DNA from: an uncultured Actinomycetes bacterium
GTDB taxonomy: Bacteria > Actinomycetota > UBA4738 > JBBDTT01
Direction of reading: 5' to 3'
DNA: 64,000 nucleotides
NCBI GenBank assembly: GCA_963742735.1
Contig: CAVUMN010000004.1
Location: 864,001 to 928,000 of the forward strand
The position numbers were made by a program, and so were the translations under genes. Below are positions 18,334 through 27,828 of the stretch, in pieces; the first letter of the stretch is position 1, and each line of letters opens with the position of its first letter. The notes beneath the pieces were generated by a model that was given only the letters and a program-made list of their open reading frames with translations, had not been told where the DNA came from and made no database searches.

Positions 18334-18750
18334 ATGGCCGACACGCCGCCGCCGCGGCTCCTTCCCTCCCTCACGCCCCAGACCGAGCCGTTCTGGACCG
18401 GCGGCGCGAACGGCGAGCTCCGCATCCTTCGCTGTGAGACGTGCGGGCACTGGATCCATCCGCCCGCCCCCGTCTGCCCGGTCGATCTGTCGCGAGACGT
18501 GCAGGCCCAGCCGGTGAGCGGACGGGGCACCGTCCATTCCTTCACGGTGAACCATCAGCCGTGGAACCCCGAGGTGCCCACGCCCTACGTGATCGTCCTG
18601 GTGGAGCTGGAGGAGCAGCCCGGCCTGCGGGTGCTCTCGAACCTGGTGGGCGTCGATCCGGACGACGCCGCGATCGGCATGCCGGTCCGGGTGCGGTTCG
18701 AGCCTGCCGGCGACCTCCACGTCCCCGTGTTCGAACGAGACGGGACATGA
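18334..18750 (+). CDS. DUF35 Zn-ribbon/OB-fold protein
   Basis: CETC...CPVD, SGRGTVHSFT, PYVIVLVELEEQ. Confidence 0.9.
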   Translation: MADTPPPRLLPSLTPQTEPFWTGGANGELRILRCETCGHWIHPPAPVCPVDLSRDVQAQPVSGRGTVHSFTVNHQPWNPEVPTPYVIVLVELEEQPGLRVLSNLVGVDPDDAAIGMPVRVRFEPAGDLHVPVFERDGT

Positions 18751-19925
18751 GCGAGCGGTTCGAGTCGCGAGCGGTCATCTCGGGCATCGGACAGTCCGAC
18801 GTCGGACGCCGGCTGGGCCGCGACGGGCTGGCCCTCACCGTCGACGCCTGCCTGGAGGCCATCGAGGACGCCGGCCTCACGCGCGAGGACATCGACGGGC
18901 TGTCCTCGTACCCGGGGGCGATGTCCTCGGGCTCGGCCGGGTTCTCCGGGCCGGGGACGCCCGAGGTCCAGGATGCCCTGCGGCTGAACCTCGACTGGCA
19001 CGGGGCCGGGCCGGAGGGGCCCGCGCAGCTGGGGGCGGTGATCAGCGCCGCGATGGCCGTCGCCGCCGGCCTGGCCACCAACGTCCTGGTCTACCGCACC
19101 GTCACCGAGGGGAGCGGACAGGCCGGGGGCGGGCGAAGGGGGATCGGGCTCGGCGAGGGCCGCCCTCGAGAGGTGTCCGGCTACCTGCAGTGGCTGCTGC
19201 CGTTCCACGCGTACTCGGCGGCGAACTGGGTGGCGCTCTACGCGCAACGCCACATGCACGAGTTCGGGACGACCCGCGAGCAGCTCGCGCAGGTCGCGCT
19301 CAACGGCCGTCGCAACGCGACGCGGAACCCGAAAGCGGTCTACCGCGAGCCGCTCTCGCTCGAGGACTACCTGGCGGGCCGGCCGATCAGCACGCCCCTG
19401 GGCCTGTACGACTGCGACGTGCCGTGCGACGGCTCGACGGCGGTCGTGGTGTCCCGGGCGGAGCGCGCGAAGGACGCCCCCGCCGCGGTCCGCCTCGAGG
19501 CCGTGGGCTCGGCGATCCGCGGCCGGCCGTCGTGGGACCAGTGGGAGGACCTGACGACCATGGCGTTGCGGGACGCCGCGGCCCACCTGTGGTCGCGTAC
19601 GGACCTCGGGCCGGGCGACGTCGACGTGGCGCAGCTGTACGACGGGTTCAGCTTCGTCACGCTCGCGTGGCTCGAGGCCCTGGGGTTCTGCGGGAAGGGG
19701 GAAGGAGGGCCCTTCCTGGTCGAGCGGGTCGCGGCCGGGGAGCTCCCGCTCAACACCGCCGGCGGACAGCTCTCGGCGGGGAGGCTGCACGGGTTCGGCC
19801 TGCTCCACGAGGCGTGCCTTCAGCTGCGGGGAGGCGCCGGCGAGCGGCAGGTTCCCGGCGCCGCCACGGCCCTCGTCGCGGCCGGAGGGGGCCCGCTGGC
19901 CGGGGCGCTCCTGCTGACCCGATGA
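18747..19925 (+). CDS. Thiolase-fold protein lacking the nucleophilic Cys
   Basis: MSERFESRAVISGIGQS, YDCDVPCDG, YDGF, NTAGGQLSAGRLHG. Confidence 0.9.
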   Translation: MSERFESRAVISGIGQSDVGRRLGRDGLALTVDACLEAIEDAGLTREDIDGLSSYPGAMSSGSAGFSGPGTPEVQDALRLNLDWHGAGPEGPAQLGAVISAAMAVAAGLATNVLVYRTVTEGSGQAGGGRRGIGLGEGRPREVSGYLQWLLPFHAYSAANWVALYAQRHMHEFGTTREQLAQVALNGRRNATRNPKAVYREPLSLEDYLAGRPISTPLGLYDCDVPCDGSTAVVVSRAERAKDAPAAVRLEAVGSAIRGRPSWDQWEDLTTMALRDAAAHLWSRTDLGPGDVDVAQLYDGFSFVTLAWLEALGFCGKGEGGPFLVERVAAGELPLNTAGGQLSAGRLHGFGLLHEACLQLRGGAGERQVPGAATALVAAGGGPLAGALLLTR

Positions 19926-19992
19926 GCCGGATGTGCAGGTGAACGCCCCCCGGCGGCGTACCACCACCGTTAGGATCGGCCCGGGAGCCAAC

Positions 19993-21525
19993 ATGGTTCA
20001 GAGATCACGCCCCGCACCCCTGCTTGCCCTGCTCGGGGTGCTCTGCCTCATCGCCGCCGCGTGCGGCTCCAGAGTCGTTCCCCTGGAAGGCACCCAGGTC
20101 GCCGGTCCCGGTGGGCAGGTCATCCAACCCACCGACCCGGGTGCCACCGTCGACCCGAACAACCCCAACCCCACGAACACCCCCGGGACGGGCGGGACCA
20201 CGCCGCCCGAGAACCTGCCCGACTGCAAGGGTGGAGCGACCGACGTGGGGGTCAGCGCGGACAAGGTGAAGATCGGCCTCGTCGCGGCGAAGACCGGGCC
20301 GCTGCCCCATCAGTTCGACGCGAACATCGAGGCCGTCGACGCCCACCTCAAGATGATCAACGCCGAGGGCGGGATCTGCGGGCGCCAGTTCGAGCTCCAC
20401 ATCCGCGACGATCAGGGCAACGGGACCCGGAACGAGGCGGTCGCCCGCGAGCTGGCCGAGGAGGAGAAGGTCTTCGCGTTCGTCGGCAGCACCTCGGCGC
20501 CTGACGACCGCGGGATCGCCAAGGTCTCCCGCGAGCACAAGATCCCGGACATCGGGTTCCCGCTCACCTATGAGCGGTCGGAGAGCCCGTACACGTTCGG
20601 CGTGCCGGGCCAGCTCCGGCGCGAAACGATCGGCGAGGGCGCCACCGGCGGCCCCTTCCTCATCAAGGAGCTCGGGATCAAGCAGATCGCGATCCTCTGG
20701 CTCGGGGAGAGCCTCGTGTCGAAGGCGAACGCCTGGGCGTTCGAGGCCACGTTCCTGAAGTCCGTCAACGGCGACCTGAGCATCTGCTACGAGCAGGAGA
20801 CGACGGTCCTCGACAACAACTTCCAGAACTACGCGATCGCGATGAAGGGCGACTGCCCGCCCTCGGACGGGCCGCTCGCCGTCTTCTCCACGATGGAGAA
20901 CAGCTCGAACATCAAGCTCGCGGACGCGATGCGACAGCAGGACGTGCAGTACGAGGCATTCATGCCGACGTTCACCTCGTACCTCCCGGCCTTCATCCGT
21001 CCCTCCACCGAGAACGCCTACCTGGCGATCCCCCAGCTCCCCTTCGAGCGGTGCGCTCAGGGATCCGACGGCCGGCCGCAGCCGCCGTGCTCGCACCCCG
21101 AGCTCAACAGCTACGTGACCGCGCTGCACCGCTACGTGCCGGGGTTCCGCGCGCCGGGCAGCTTCGGCGCACCGGGCTGGGGGCAGGCCGCGCTGTTCGT
21201 CGAGGCTGTACGCGACTGCGGCGCCAACCTCACCCGGGTCTGCATCCTGAACTTCCTGGAGACCACGGGGCGGTTTTCGGCCAACGGCTTCCTGGCGCCG
21301 GCCAAGCCCGGCGACCATCGCATCTACACGGCCGACCTCGTGATGCAGGTCCGCAACGGCCGCTTCACCGAGCTCCGTCCCAACGACCACTCGGGGCATC
21401 CCGAGGCGCCGGACATCTGGGACGACAGCCGCCTGTACAACTGGTGGGACTACTACTGCGCGCACCGGGACCAGTTCACCGACGAGAGCCGGCCCGCGAT
21501 CGACGAGTTCGTGACGAGCTGTTGA
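19993..21525 (+). CDS. ABC transporter substrate-binding lipoprotein (LivK/PBP type I-like)
   Basis: Lipobox LIAAAC, Pro/Thr linker, ATDVGVSADKVKIG, INAEGGICGR, EKVFAFVG. Confidence 0.85.
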   Translation: MVQRSRPAPLLALLGVLCLIAAACGSRVVPLEGTQVAGPGGQVIQPTDPGATVDPNNPNPTNTPGTGGTTPPENLPDCKGGATDVGVSADKVKIGLVAAKTGPLPHQFDANIEAVDAHLKMINAEGGICGRQFELHIRDDQGNGTRNEAVARELAEEEKVFAFVGSTSAPDDRGIAKVSREHKIPDIGFPLTYERSESPYTFGVPGQLRRETIGEGATGGPFLIKELGIKQIAILWLGESLVSKANAWAFEATFLKSVNGDLSICYEQETTVLDNNFQNYAIAMKGDCPPSDGPLAVFSTMENSSNIKLADAMRQQDVQYEAFMPTFTSYLPAFIRPSTENAYLAIPQLPFERCAQGSDGRPQPPCSHPELNSYVTALHRYVPGFRAPGSFGAPGWGQAALFVEAVRDCGANLTRVCILNFLETTGRFSANGFLAPAKPGDHRIYTADLVMQVRNGRFTELRPNDHSGHPEAPDIWDDSRLYNWWDYYCAHRDQFTDESRPAIDEFVTSC

Positions 21526-21535
21526 GGGACGCGCG

Positions 21536-22954
21536 ATGAGCCAACGGCGCCGCAGGGTATCGGTCCTCACCGCGGCGGTGGGTGTCCTGTGCTTGGTCCT
21601 GTTGATCCCCGGCTCGGGGACGGCGCAGACGGTCGTGTTCGACTCCTACCGGGTCCAGGGCACCGCCCGCGGCATCGAGTTCTCCTTCACGTTCTCCGGG
21701 AGCCTCTTCGAGCCGCTGCTGCACGTCGGCGTGCCGTACGCGCGGACCGACCTTCGCTCGGAGGCCGGAGCCACCGCCGACGCGGTGGCCGGCCAGGTCT
21801 ACCCGGGTGACCTCATCTCCAGCCAGGCTGGGGAGCAGTTCCCCGGCGTGGCCGCGGCGGGGTTCCCGCCGGGCCGCGAGAACGTCAAGGACCTGATCCC
21901 CTTCCCGGGTGCCGGGCCGGTGTCCGCCGGCGTGGGCCACGTCGAGGCGATCGCCGCGGCCGACCGGGCCTTCGGAACCGTCACCACCGCCAACGGCGGC
22001 TTCGCAAACGGCGAGGTGCCGCTGATCTCCGCCGCCAGCATCCGGGTCACCAGCGACGGCACACGCACCGGCGAGGGGGTCGGGCAGGTGGTTCGCTCCG
22101 TGGTCAAGGGCCTCGAGGTGAACCTCGCCGATGGCTTTGCCATCCGCATCGACTCGGTCCGGAGCACGGCGCAGGCGACGTCGGACGGCGTGGACGGCCT
22201 GGCCGAAGCCCACCTGACGATCGGCGACGTGGTCGTCGAGCTGGGCGGGCAAACGTTCCCGGCCACGATCGACGACCGCGGGATCCGTCTTCCCGAGCCC
22301 CTCCAGGACGTGGCCGGGATCCCCCTCGACCTCGAGCAGACGATCCGCGCCGGCCTCCGCCAGGCCGGGATCTCGATCACCACCGCAGGGCCCGTCGAGA
22401 TCGTGGACGGGGCGAGCGCCGATGCCTCGGTGGGAGGGCTCGTGTTCGGGTTCACCGGCGAGATCCCCGCCGTGGGCGTCCCCCAGACGTTCGCGCAGCT
22501 GATCGCGCAGGCGCAGGGTTCGATCCCCTCGGAGATCACCGACCCGATCTGCTTCCAGGAGACCATCTCGCCGGACTTCCCGCTCCCGCTGTGCGTGAGC
22601 CCTGCGCTCCTCCCCGGCCCCGGCACCGGGATGACCCAGACCCTGTCGCTCGGCAACGTCAACGCGTTCGCCGTGGCCAGCCTGGCGCCGCCGCCCATCG
22701 ACGACGGCGACGGCGGCCCCATCGACAACCCGCCGGCGGGCAACGTGGACATCCCGCCCATCGACAACCCGCCCATCGGCAACGGGGACGGCAACGGGGA
22801 CGGCAACGGGGGTAGCGGCGGCGGGCAGCTCACGGGATTGCTCGCCAGGATGCCCCCCGGCGCGCTGCTCGCCGCAGGTATCGTGCTCCTGCTGGTGGCC
22901 GCCGGGGCCGCCGTCTTCCCGCTCCGCAGGCCGTGGAGGGAGATGCAGCCATGA
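21536..22954 (+). CDS. Secreted beta-rich protein with Pro/Gly linker and C-terminal membrane anchor
   Basis: Signal peptide RRRRVSVL...GTA; PPID/GNGD repeats; C-terminal LLAAGIVLLLVAAGAAVF-PLRR. Confidence 0.75.
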   Translation: MSQRRRRVSVLTAAVGVLCLVLLIPGSGTAQTVVFDSYRVQGTARGIEFSFTFSGSLFEPLLHVGVPYARTDLRSEAGATADAVAGQVYPGDLISSQAGEQFPGVAAAGFPPGRENVKDLIPFPGAGPVSAGVGHVEAIAAADRAFGTVTTANGGFANGEVPLISAASIRVTSDGTRTGEGVGQVVRSVVKGLEVNLADGFAIRIDSVRSTAQATSDGVDGLAEAHLTIGDVVVELGGQTFPATIDDRGIRLPEPLQDVAGIPLDLEQTIRAGLRQAGISITTAGPVEIVDGASADASVGGLVFGFTGEIPAVGVPQTFAQLIAQAQGSIPSEITDPICFQETISPDFPLPLCVSPALLPGPGTGMTQTLSLGNVNAFAVASLAPPPIDDGDGGPIDNPPAGNVDIPPIDNPPIGNGDGNGDGNGGSGGGQLTGLLARMPPGALLAAGIVLLLVAAGAAVFPLRRPWREMQP

Positions 22955-23529
22955 CGAACGGACGCGTGCGCGCTCCCGGCCGCCGCGCCGGCGGGGGACA
23001 GGCGATGAAGGAGGCCGCGTCCGGCGTATCCGGCAACGGGGCCGACGCGAAGCCCGAGCCCGCGAAGTCCCCGGCGCCCCGCGCCGGGCGCCTGAAGGAG
23101 TTCGTCGTCGCAAACGCCCGCGCCCTGATCGCCGTGGGGCTGATCGGGATGGGGATCGTGATCGTGCTGCTCGGCTGGTACGGAACGGCCTACACGAACA
23201 TCCTCACCGAGCAGATCCCGTACTTGGTGTCGGGGGGGCTGCTCGGGCTCGGCCTGATCATCGTCGGCGGGCTGCTGGCGGTCTCGGCCATCCAGTCCCG
23301 CGAGCTCCACGAGATGCGCAGCGACCTGGTCCGCATGGCCCTCTCGCGCGGCGAGGCGGGCGGCGCCAAGGCCGGCCCGGCCGACGGCCAGGTCTACGTG
23401 GTTCCGGGCGGACGCAGCTTCCACGTGGCGGGGTGCCCGCTGCTGGAGGGGAAGGACGGCGAGGCGTACGCGCCGTCGCGGGCCCGAGACGCCGGGTACG
23501 CCGCCTGCAAGCTCTGCGGGCCCGAGTAG
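22951..23529 (+). CDS. Two-TM membrane protein with C-terminal Ada-like metal-binding motif
   Basis: Two hydrophobic helices (EQIPYLVSGG between them); FHVAGC...GYAACKLC. Confidence 0.75.
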   Translation: MTNGRVRAPGRRAGGGQAMKEAASGVSGNGADAKPEPAKSPAPRAGRLKEFVVANARALIAVGLIGMGIVIVLLGWYGTAYTNILTEQIPYLVSGGLLGLGLIIVGGLLAVSAIQSRELHEMRSDLVRMALSRGEAGGAKAGPADGQVYVVPGGRSFHVAGCPLLEGKDGEAYAPSRARDAGYAACKLCGPE

Positions 23530-23536
23530 ACCCCAC

Positions 23537-25453
23537 GTGGAGATCTTCTTCCGGACCCTGTTCATCGGGGTCGTCGCCGGAAGCGTCTACGCCCTCGCGT
23601 CCACCGGCCTGGTCCTGACCTACCGGACCTCCGGCGTCCTGAACCTCGGGTACGGGGCGCTGGCCTTGCTCATGTCGTTCGTCCACTGGCAGCTCGGCGT
23701 GGTGTGGGGCTGGCCGCTGTGGCTGTCGGCGCTCGTGGTCATCCTGGTGGTTGCACCCATCGTCGGGGTGTTGCTGGACCTCGCCATGTTCCGGCGGCTG
23801 GCCGGCCAGCCGCCGGTGATCCTGATCATCTGCACGGTCGGCCTGTGGGTGCTGCTGCAGGGCATCGTGGTGTTCGTGTGGGGCTCGGAGACCGAAACGG
23901 TGCCCTCCCTGTTCCCCACGGAGACCGTCGGCGTGTTCGGCGCGCGCATCGGCGTGGACCAGATCGCGATCCTGGTCATCGCCCTGGGGGCGGCGGCGAC
24001 GCTGGCCGCGTTCCTCCGGTTCACCAAATGGGGGATCGCCCTGCGGGCGGTGGTCGACAACCGCGAGGTGGCGGGCCTGATGGGCATCAACTCGGGCCTG
24101 GTCTCCGCCGGCTCGTGGGCCCTGGGGACCTCCTTCGCGGCGATGACCGGGGTGCTGCTCACTCCGCAGCTGCTGCTCGATCCGAACTTCCTGCCGCCGT
24201 TCATCATCTCCTTCGTCCTGGGGGCGGCGATCGTGGGCTACCTGCGCAGCCTCGCCCTGGCCTTCGCGGGCGGCATCCTGCTCGGGCTCATCCAGGCGTT
24301 CCTGATCCAGTACGGGACGTTCAGCGGAATCCTCGGCAGCGTCACGCGCATCGCCCCCTTCCTGGTCCTCGCCGTGCTGATCCTGTTCGCCCCGCGGAGC
24401 GTTCGCCGGGCGGGCACGGGGACGTCGTTCGTGGTGCGGATCCGGGAGGTCGCCGACAAGGCACCGGCGGGCGCGGCGATGGCCGTGGGCGCGGCCGTCT
24501 TCGTCGCGTTGGCCTTGCTGCCGCTCCTGGTCGGCGGCTCGGTGTCGTGGCTGCTCGCGGTGACCGCCGGGCTGGTCAACGCGATCGTGTTCCTGTCGCT
24601 GGTGATCCTCACCGGCTACTCGGGACAGATCTCGCTCGGGCACACCGCGTTCATGGGGATCGCCGCGTTTACCACGGCCCACCTGGTGTCGGGCGCGGGG
24701 CTGCCGGTGTGGGTGGCGTTCGCGCTGGGCGCGCTGGCCGCGGTCCCGGCCGGAGCCCTGGTCGGGCTCATCGCGGTCCGGCTGCACGGGCTGTTCCTGG
24801 CACTGATGACGCTGGCCTTCGCCTTCGTGATCCAGGAGCTGTTCTTCAACAAGCCGTCGGTCTCGGGGATCGAGGGGAGCGTCGTGGTGCCGCGGCCTCC
24901 CGGCGCCGAGAGCAACGTGGCGTTCTACTACCTCGTGGTGGCGGTGCTGGCGGCGTGCGCGCTGCTGGCGGTGAGCCTGCGGACCGGGCGGACCGGCCGG
25001 GTCCTGGCGGCGATGCGGGACAGCGAGACCGCCACGCGGGCCCTGGGGATCAACGTCGTGAAGTACAAGGCGATCATCTTCGGGCTCTCGGCCTTCATGG
25101 GAGCCATCGGCGGCATCCTGTTCGCGATGATCCGCCAGGCCGCCGACCGCCTGGACTTCCTGCCGTTCTACTCGCTGATCTACGTGACGCTGGCGGTGAT
25201 CGGCGGGCTCTTCCACGTGGGCGGGGCCATCGTGGCCGGCCTGCTGTTCGGCCTATACCCGAAGCTGTTCGGGCAGAACGAGCTGATGCTCGACATCCAG
25301 CTGATCCTGTTCGGCGTCGGCGCGACGCTGGCGCTCGCCCGCGAGCCGGAGGGGATGTACGGCGAGCTCCGCCGCGGGGGAGCCAAGCTCCTCGCCATCG
25401 TGCGACGCGACCGGACACCCGCGGCCGCCGAGACGGCGAAGGAGGCCGGATGA
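23537..25453 (+). CDS. Fused LivH-LivM branched-chain-type ABC permease
   Basis: YALASTGLVLTYRTSGVLNLG (LivH) and GYSGQISLGH (LivM) motifs. Confidence 0.92.
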   Translation: MEIFFRTLFIGVVAGSVYALASTGLVLTYRTSGVLNLGYGALALLMSFVHWQLGVVWGWPLWLSALVVILVVAPIVGVLLDLAMFRRLAGQPPVILIICTVGLWVLLQGIVVFVWGSETETVPSLFPTETVGVFGARIGVDQIAILVIALGAAATLAAFLRFTKWGIALRAVVDNREVAGLMGINSGLVSAGSWALGTSFAAMTGVLLTPQLLLDPNFLPPFIISFVLGAAIVGYLRSLALAFAGGILLGLIQAFLIQYGTFSGILGSVTRIAPFLVLAVLILFAPRSVRRAGTGTSFVVRIREVADKAPAGAAMAVGAAVFVALALLPLLVGGSVSWLLAVTAGLVNAIVFLSLVILTGYSGQISLGHTAFMGIAAFTTAHLVSGAGLPVWVAFALGALAAVPAGALVGLIAVRLHGLFLALMTLAFAFVIQELFFNKPSVSGIEGSVVVPRPPGAESNVAFYYLVVAVLAACALLAVSLRTGRTGRVLAAMRDSETATRALGINVVKYKAIIFGLSAFMGAIGGILFAMIRQAADRLDFLPFYSLIYVTLAVIGGLFHVGGAIVAGLLFGLYPKLFGQNELMLDIQLILFGVGATLALAREPEGMYGELRRGGAKLLAIVRRDRTPAAAETAKEAG

Positions 25454-26250
25454 GGGAGCTACGCGCCGAGGACGTGACGGTTCGATTCGGGGGCCTGCTC
25501 GCCGTGACCGAGGTGTCGCTCGCCGTCCCGGTGGGCGGCTTCGTCGGCCTGATCGGGCCGAACGGCGCCGGCAAGACCACGCTGTTCAACGCGATCAACG
25601 GGTTCCTCGCGCCCACCTCGGGCCGGATCCACTTCGGCGACCTGGACATGACCGACCTCCCCACGTGGCGGCGGGCCCGGCTGGGGATCGGCCGGACGTT
25701 CCAGAAGCTCGAGCTGTTCGGGCGCATGACGGTCTTCGACAACCTGCTCTCCGCGGCGGAGGCGGGGACCAGCCGGCTCGACGTCGCCTCCGACCTGCTC
25801 CACCTGCCCCGCCGCCGGAGGGAGGAGCGCAAGTGCGCGTCGATCGCCGAGGAGTTCATGGACCTGCTGGACCTTGGGTGGGCTCGCGACCGCCTCGCCG
25901 GCGAGCTCCCCGTCGGAACGGCCCGGCTGGTCGAGCTGGGGCGGGCCCTGTGCGGAGGATCGCAGGTGCTCCTGCTGGACGAGCCGTCCTCGGGACTGGA
26001 TTCCTCGGAGACCAAGGCCTTCGGGAGGCTGCTGACCGTGCTCAACCAGGAGCGGGGGATCGGGATCCTGCTGGTCGAGCACGACATGGACCTGGTGCTC
26101 GACGTCTGCAAGGAGGTCTACGTGCTGGACTTCGGGCGGCTCATCGCCCAGGGGCCTCCCGCCGGGCTGATCTCGGACCCGGCGGTGCGCGCCGCCTATC
26201 TCGGGGAGGAGGACCGTGGCGCGAGCGCTGCTCAAGCTTCGGGGCGTTGA
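25450..26250 (+). CDS. livG: ABC ATPase, LivG-like
   Basis: RFGGL, GPNGAGKT, RTFQ, LLDEPSSG, VEHD. Confidence 0.9.
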   Translation: MRELRAEDVTVRFGGLLAVTEVSLAVPVGGFVGLIGPNGAGKTTLFNAINGFLAPTSGRIHFGDLDMTDLPTWRRARLGIGRTFQKLELFGRMTVFDNLLSAAEAGTSRLDVASDLLHLPRRRREERKCASIAEEFMDLLDLGWARDRLAGELPVGTARLVELGRALCGGSQVLLLDEPSSGLDSSETKAFGRLLTVLNQERGIGILLVEHDMDLVLDVCKEVYVLDFGRLIAQGPPAGLISDPAVRAAYLGEEDRGASAAQASGR

Positions 26251-27019
26251 GGCCCGCTACGGCCGCTTCGTCGCGCTCCAGGACGTCTCGCTGGTGGTCC
26301 CCGAGGGGGCCGCGGTGGCGCTGCTCGGCCCGAACGGGGCCGGGAAGACCACGCTGCTACGAACGGTGTCGGGGATGCTCGCGCCCTCCCGCGGCGAGAT
26401 CCGGTTCGACGGGGTGCGCATCGACGGGATGCGCGACCACCGAATCGCGCGGATGGGCCTCGCGCACATCCCCGAGGGACGGGGGATCTTCCCGGGGCTG
26501 ACGGTCCGCGAGAACCTGGCCATGGCCGCGAACGCCGGCGACAGCCGGGGCGGCGTCGACCGCGCCCTCGAGCTGTTCCCGGTCCTGGCCGAGCGGCGGG
26601 ACCAGGTGGCGGGGACGCTCTCGGGGGGTGAGCAGCAGATGCTGTCGCTGTCCCGCGCGATCATCGTCCGCCCCCGGCTGCTGCTCCTGGACGAGCTCTC
26701 CCTCGGGCTCGCCCCCCGCCTCGTCACCCACCTGTTCGATACCGTGGCGCGCATCCGCGACGAGGGCGTCTCGATCCTGCTGGTCGAGCAGTACGTGACC
26801 CACGCCCTGCGCCTCGCCGACATCGTCCTGATCATGGCCAAGGGCAAGGTGGCGTTCATCGGCGAGCCCGGCGAGCTGGAGAAGGACGAGCGGCTGGTCG
26901 AGTCCTACCTGGGCCACGCGGGGACGGCGAGCTACGCGATCGCCGAGGCCCCGGCCAAGCCGAAGCGGAAGCGCGCCGCGACCCGCAAGCGCGGCCCCGC
27001 GAAGCGCGCCGCGCGCTAG
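26216..27019 (+). CDS. livF: ABC ATPase, LivF-like
   Basis: GPNGAGKT, PEGRGIF, LSGGEQQM, DELSLGLAP, VEQ. Confidence 0.9.
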   Translation: MARALLKLRGVEARYGRFVALQDVSLVVPEGAAVALLGPNGAGKTTLLRTVSGMLAPSRGEIRFDGVRIDGMRDHRIARMGLAHIPEGRGIFPGLTVRENLAMAANAGDSRGGVDRALELFPVLAERRDQVAGTLSGGEQQMLSLSRAIIVRPRLLLLDELSLGLAPRLVTHLFDTVARIRDEGVSILLVEQYVTHALRLADIVLIMAKGKVAFIGEPGELEKDERLVESYLGHAGTASYAIAEAPAKPKRKRAATRKRGPAKRAAR

Positions 27020-27828
27020 CGGATCCGCGGCTCGGGGCGCTCGCCCGAACGGAACGACTCCTGGCCCTGCCGCAGCGACTCGGCGTCGTTGCCCATCTTC
27101 ACGAAGGCGAACGCCTGGGCCAGGGCCTGCTGGCGCGGCAGGTCCTGCGCCGCCCAGATGGCTCGCAGCGTTCCCTGGATCGCGAGCGGCGGCTGCTTCG
27201 CGATGGTCTCGGCGACCCACCCCGCCGCCGCGGCCAGCCTCTCGCCGGGGACGACCTCGCTGACCATCCCGACCTCGTAGGCCCGCCGCGCCGACATCCG
27301 CTCGTGGTTGCCGAGCAGCTGCAGCCGGAGGACCTCGCCGAGGGGGAGCCGCTGCAGGATGTGCATCGACTCGAACGACGACGCCATGCCGTAGGTGACG
27401 TGCGGGTCGAAGAACGTCGCGTGCTCGGCGGCGATGATGATGTCGACCTCGCCCAGGAAGTAGAAGGCGCCGCCGCACGCCATGCCGTTGACGGCGCACA
27501 CCACCGGCTTCCACAAGTCGTTGCTCTTCGGCCCGATCAGCGAGCCGGGGTCGTCGAACATGAACGGCCCCGAGCCGGCCGAGCCGACCGCGGAGTCCGC
27601 CGGGGCGGCGTCGAGGATCTCGGAGCGGTCGATGCCGGTGGTGAACGCCTTCCCGCCGGCGCCGGTCAGGACCACCGCGTGCACGTCGTCGTTCCCGCGG
27701 AGGTCCCGCCACAGCCCCTGCAGCTCCCGCTGCATGGCGACGTTGAACGCGTTGTGGACCTCCGGGCGGTTCAGCGTCACCCACGCGACGTGGTTGCGTT
27801 CCTCGTAGAGCAGCGTCTCGAAGCTCAT
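27016..27828 (-). CDS. Enoyl-CoA hydratase/isomerase family protein
   Basis: MSFETLLYEERNHVAWVTLNRP, AVNGMACGG, FFDPHVTYG. Confidence 0.9.
   Translation of the reverse strand: MSFETLLYEERNHVAWVTLNRPEVHNAFNVAMQRELQGLWRDLRGNDDVHAVVLTGAGGKAFTTGIDRSEILDAAPADSAVGSAGSGPFMFDDPGSLIGPKSNDLWKPVVCAVNGMACGGAFYFLGEVDIIIAAEHATFFDPHVTYGMASSFESMHILQRLPLGEVLRLQLLGNHERMSARRAYEVGMVSEVVPGERLAAAAGWVAETIAKQPPLAIQGTLRAIWAAQDLPRQQALAQAFAFVKMGNDAESLRQGQESFRSGERPEPRIR

Noticed and set aside
22690-22825. GGCAACGGGGAC and CCCATCGACAAC short repeats as a non-coding element
   Set aside because: They are in-frame low-complexity linker codons of the surface protein.
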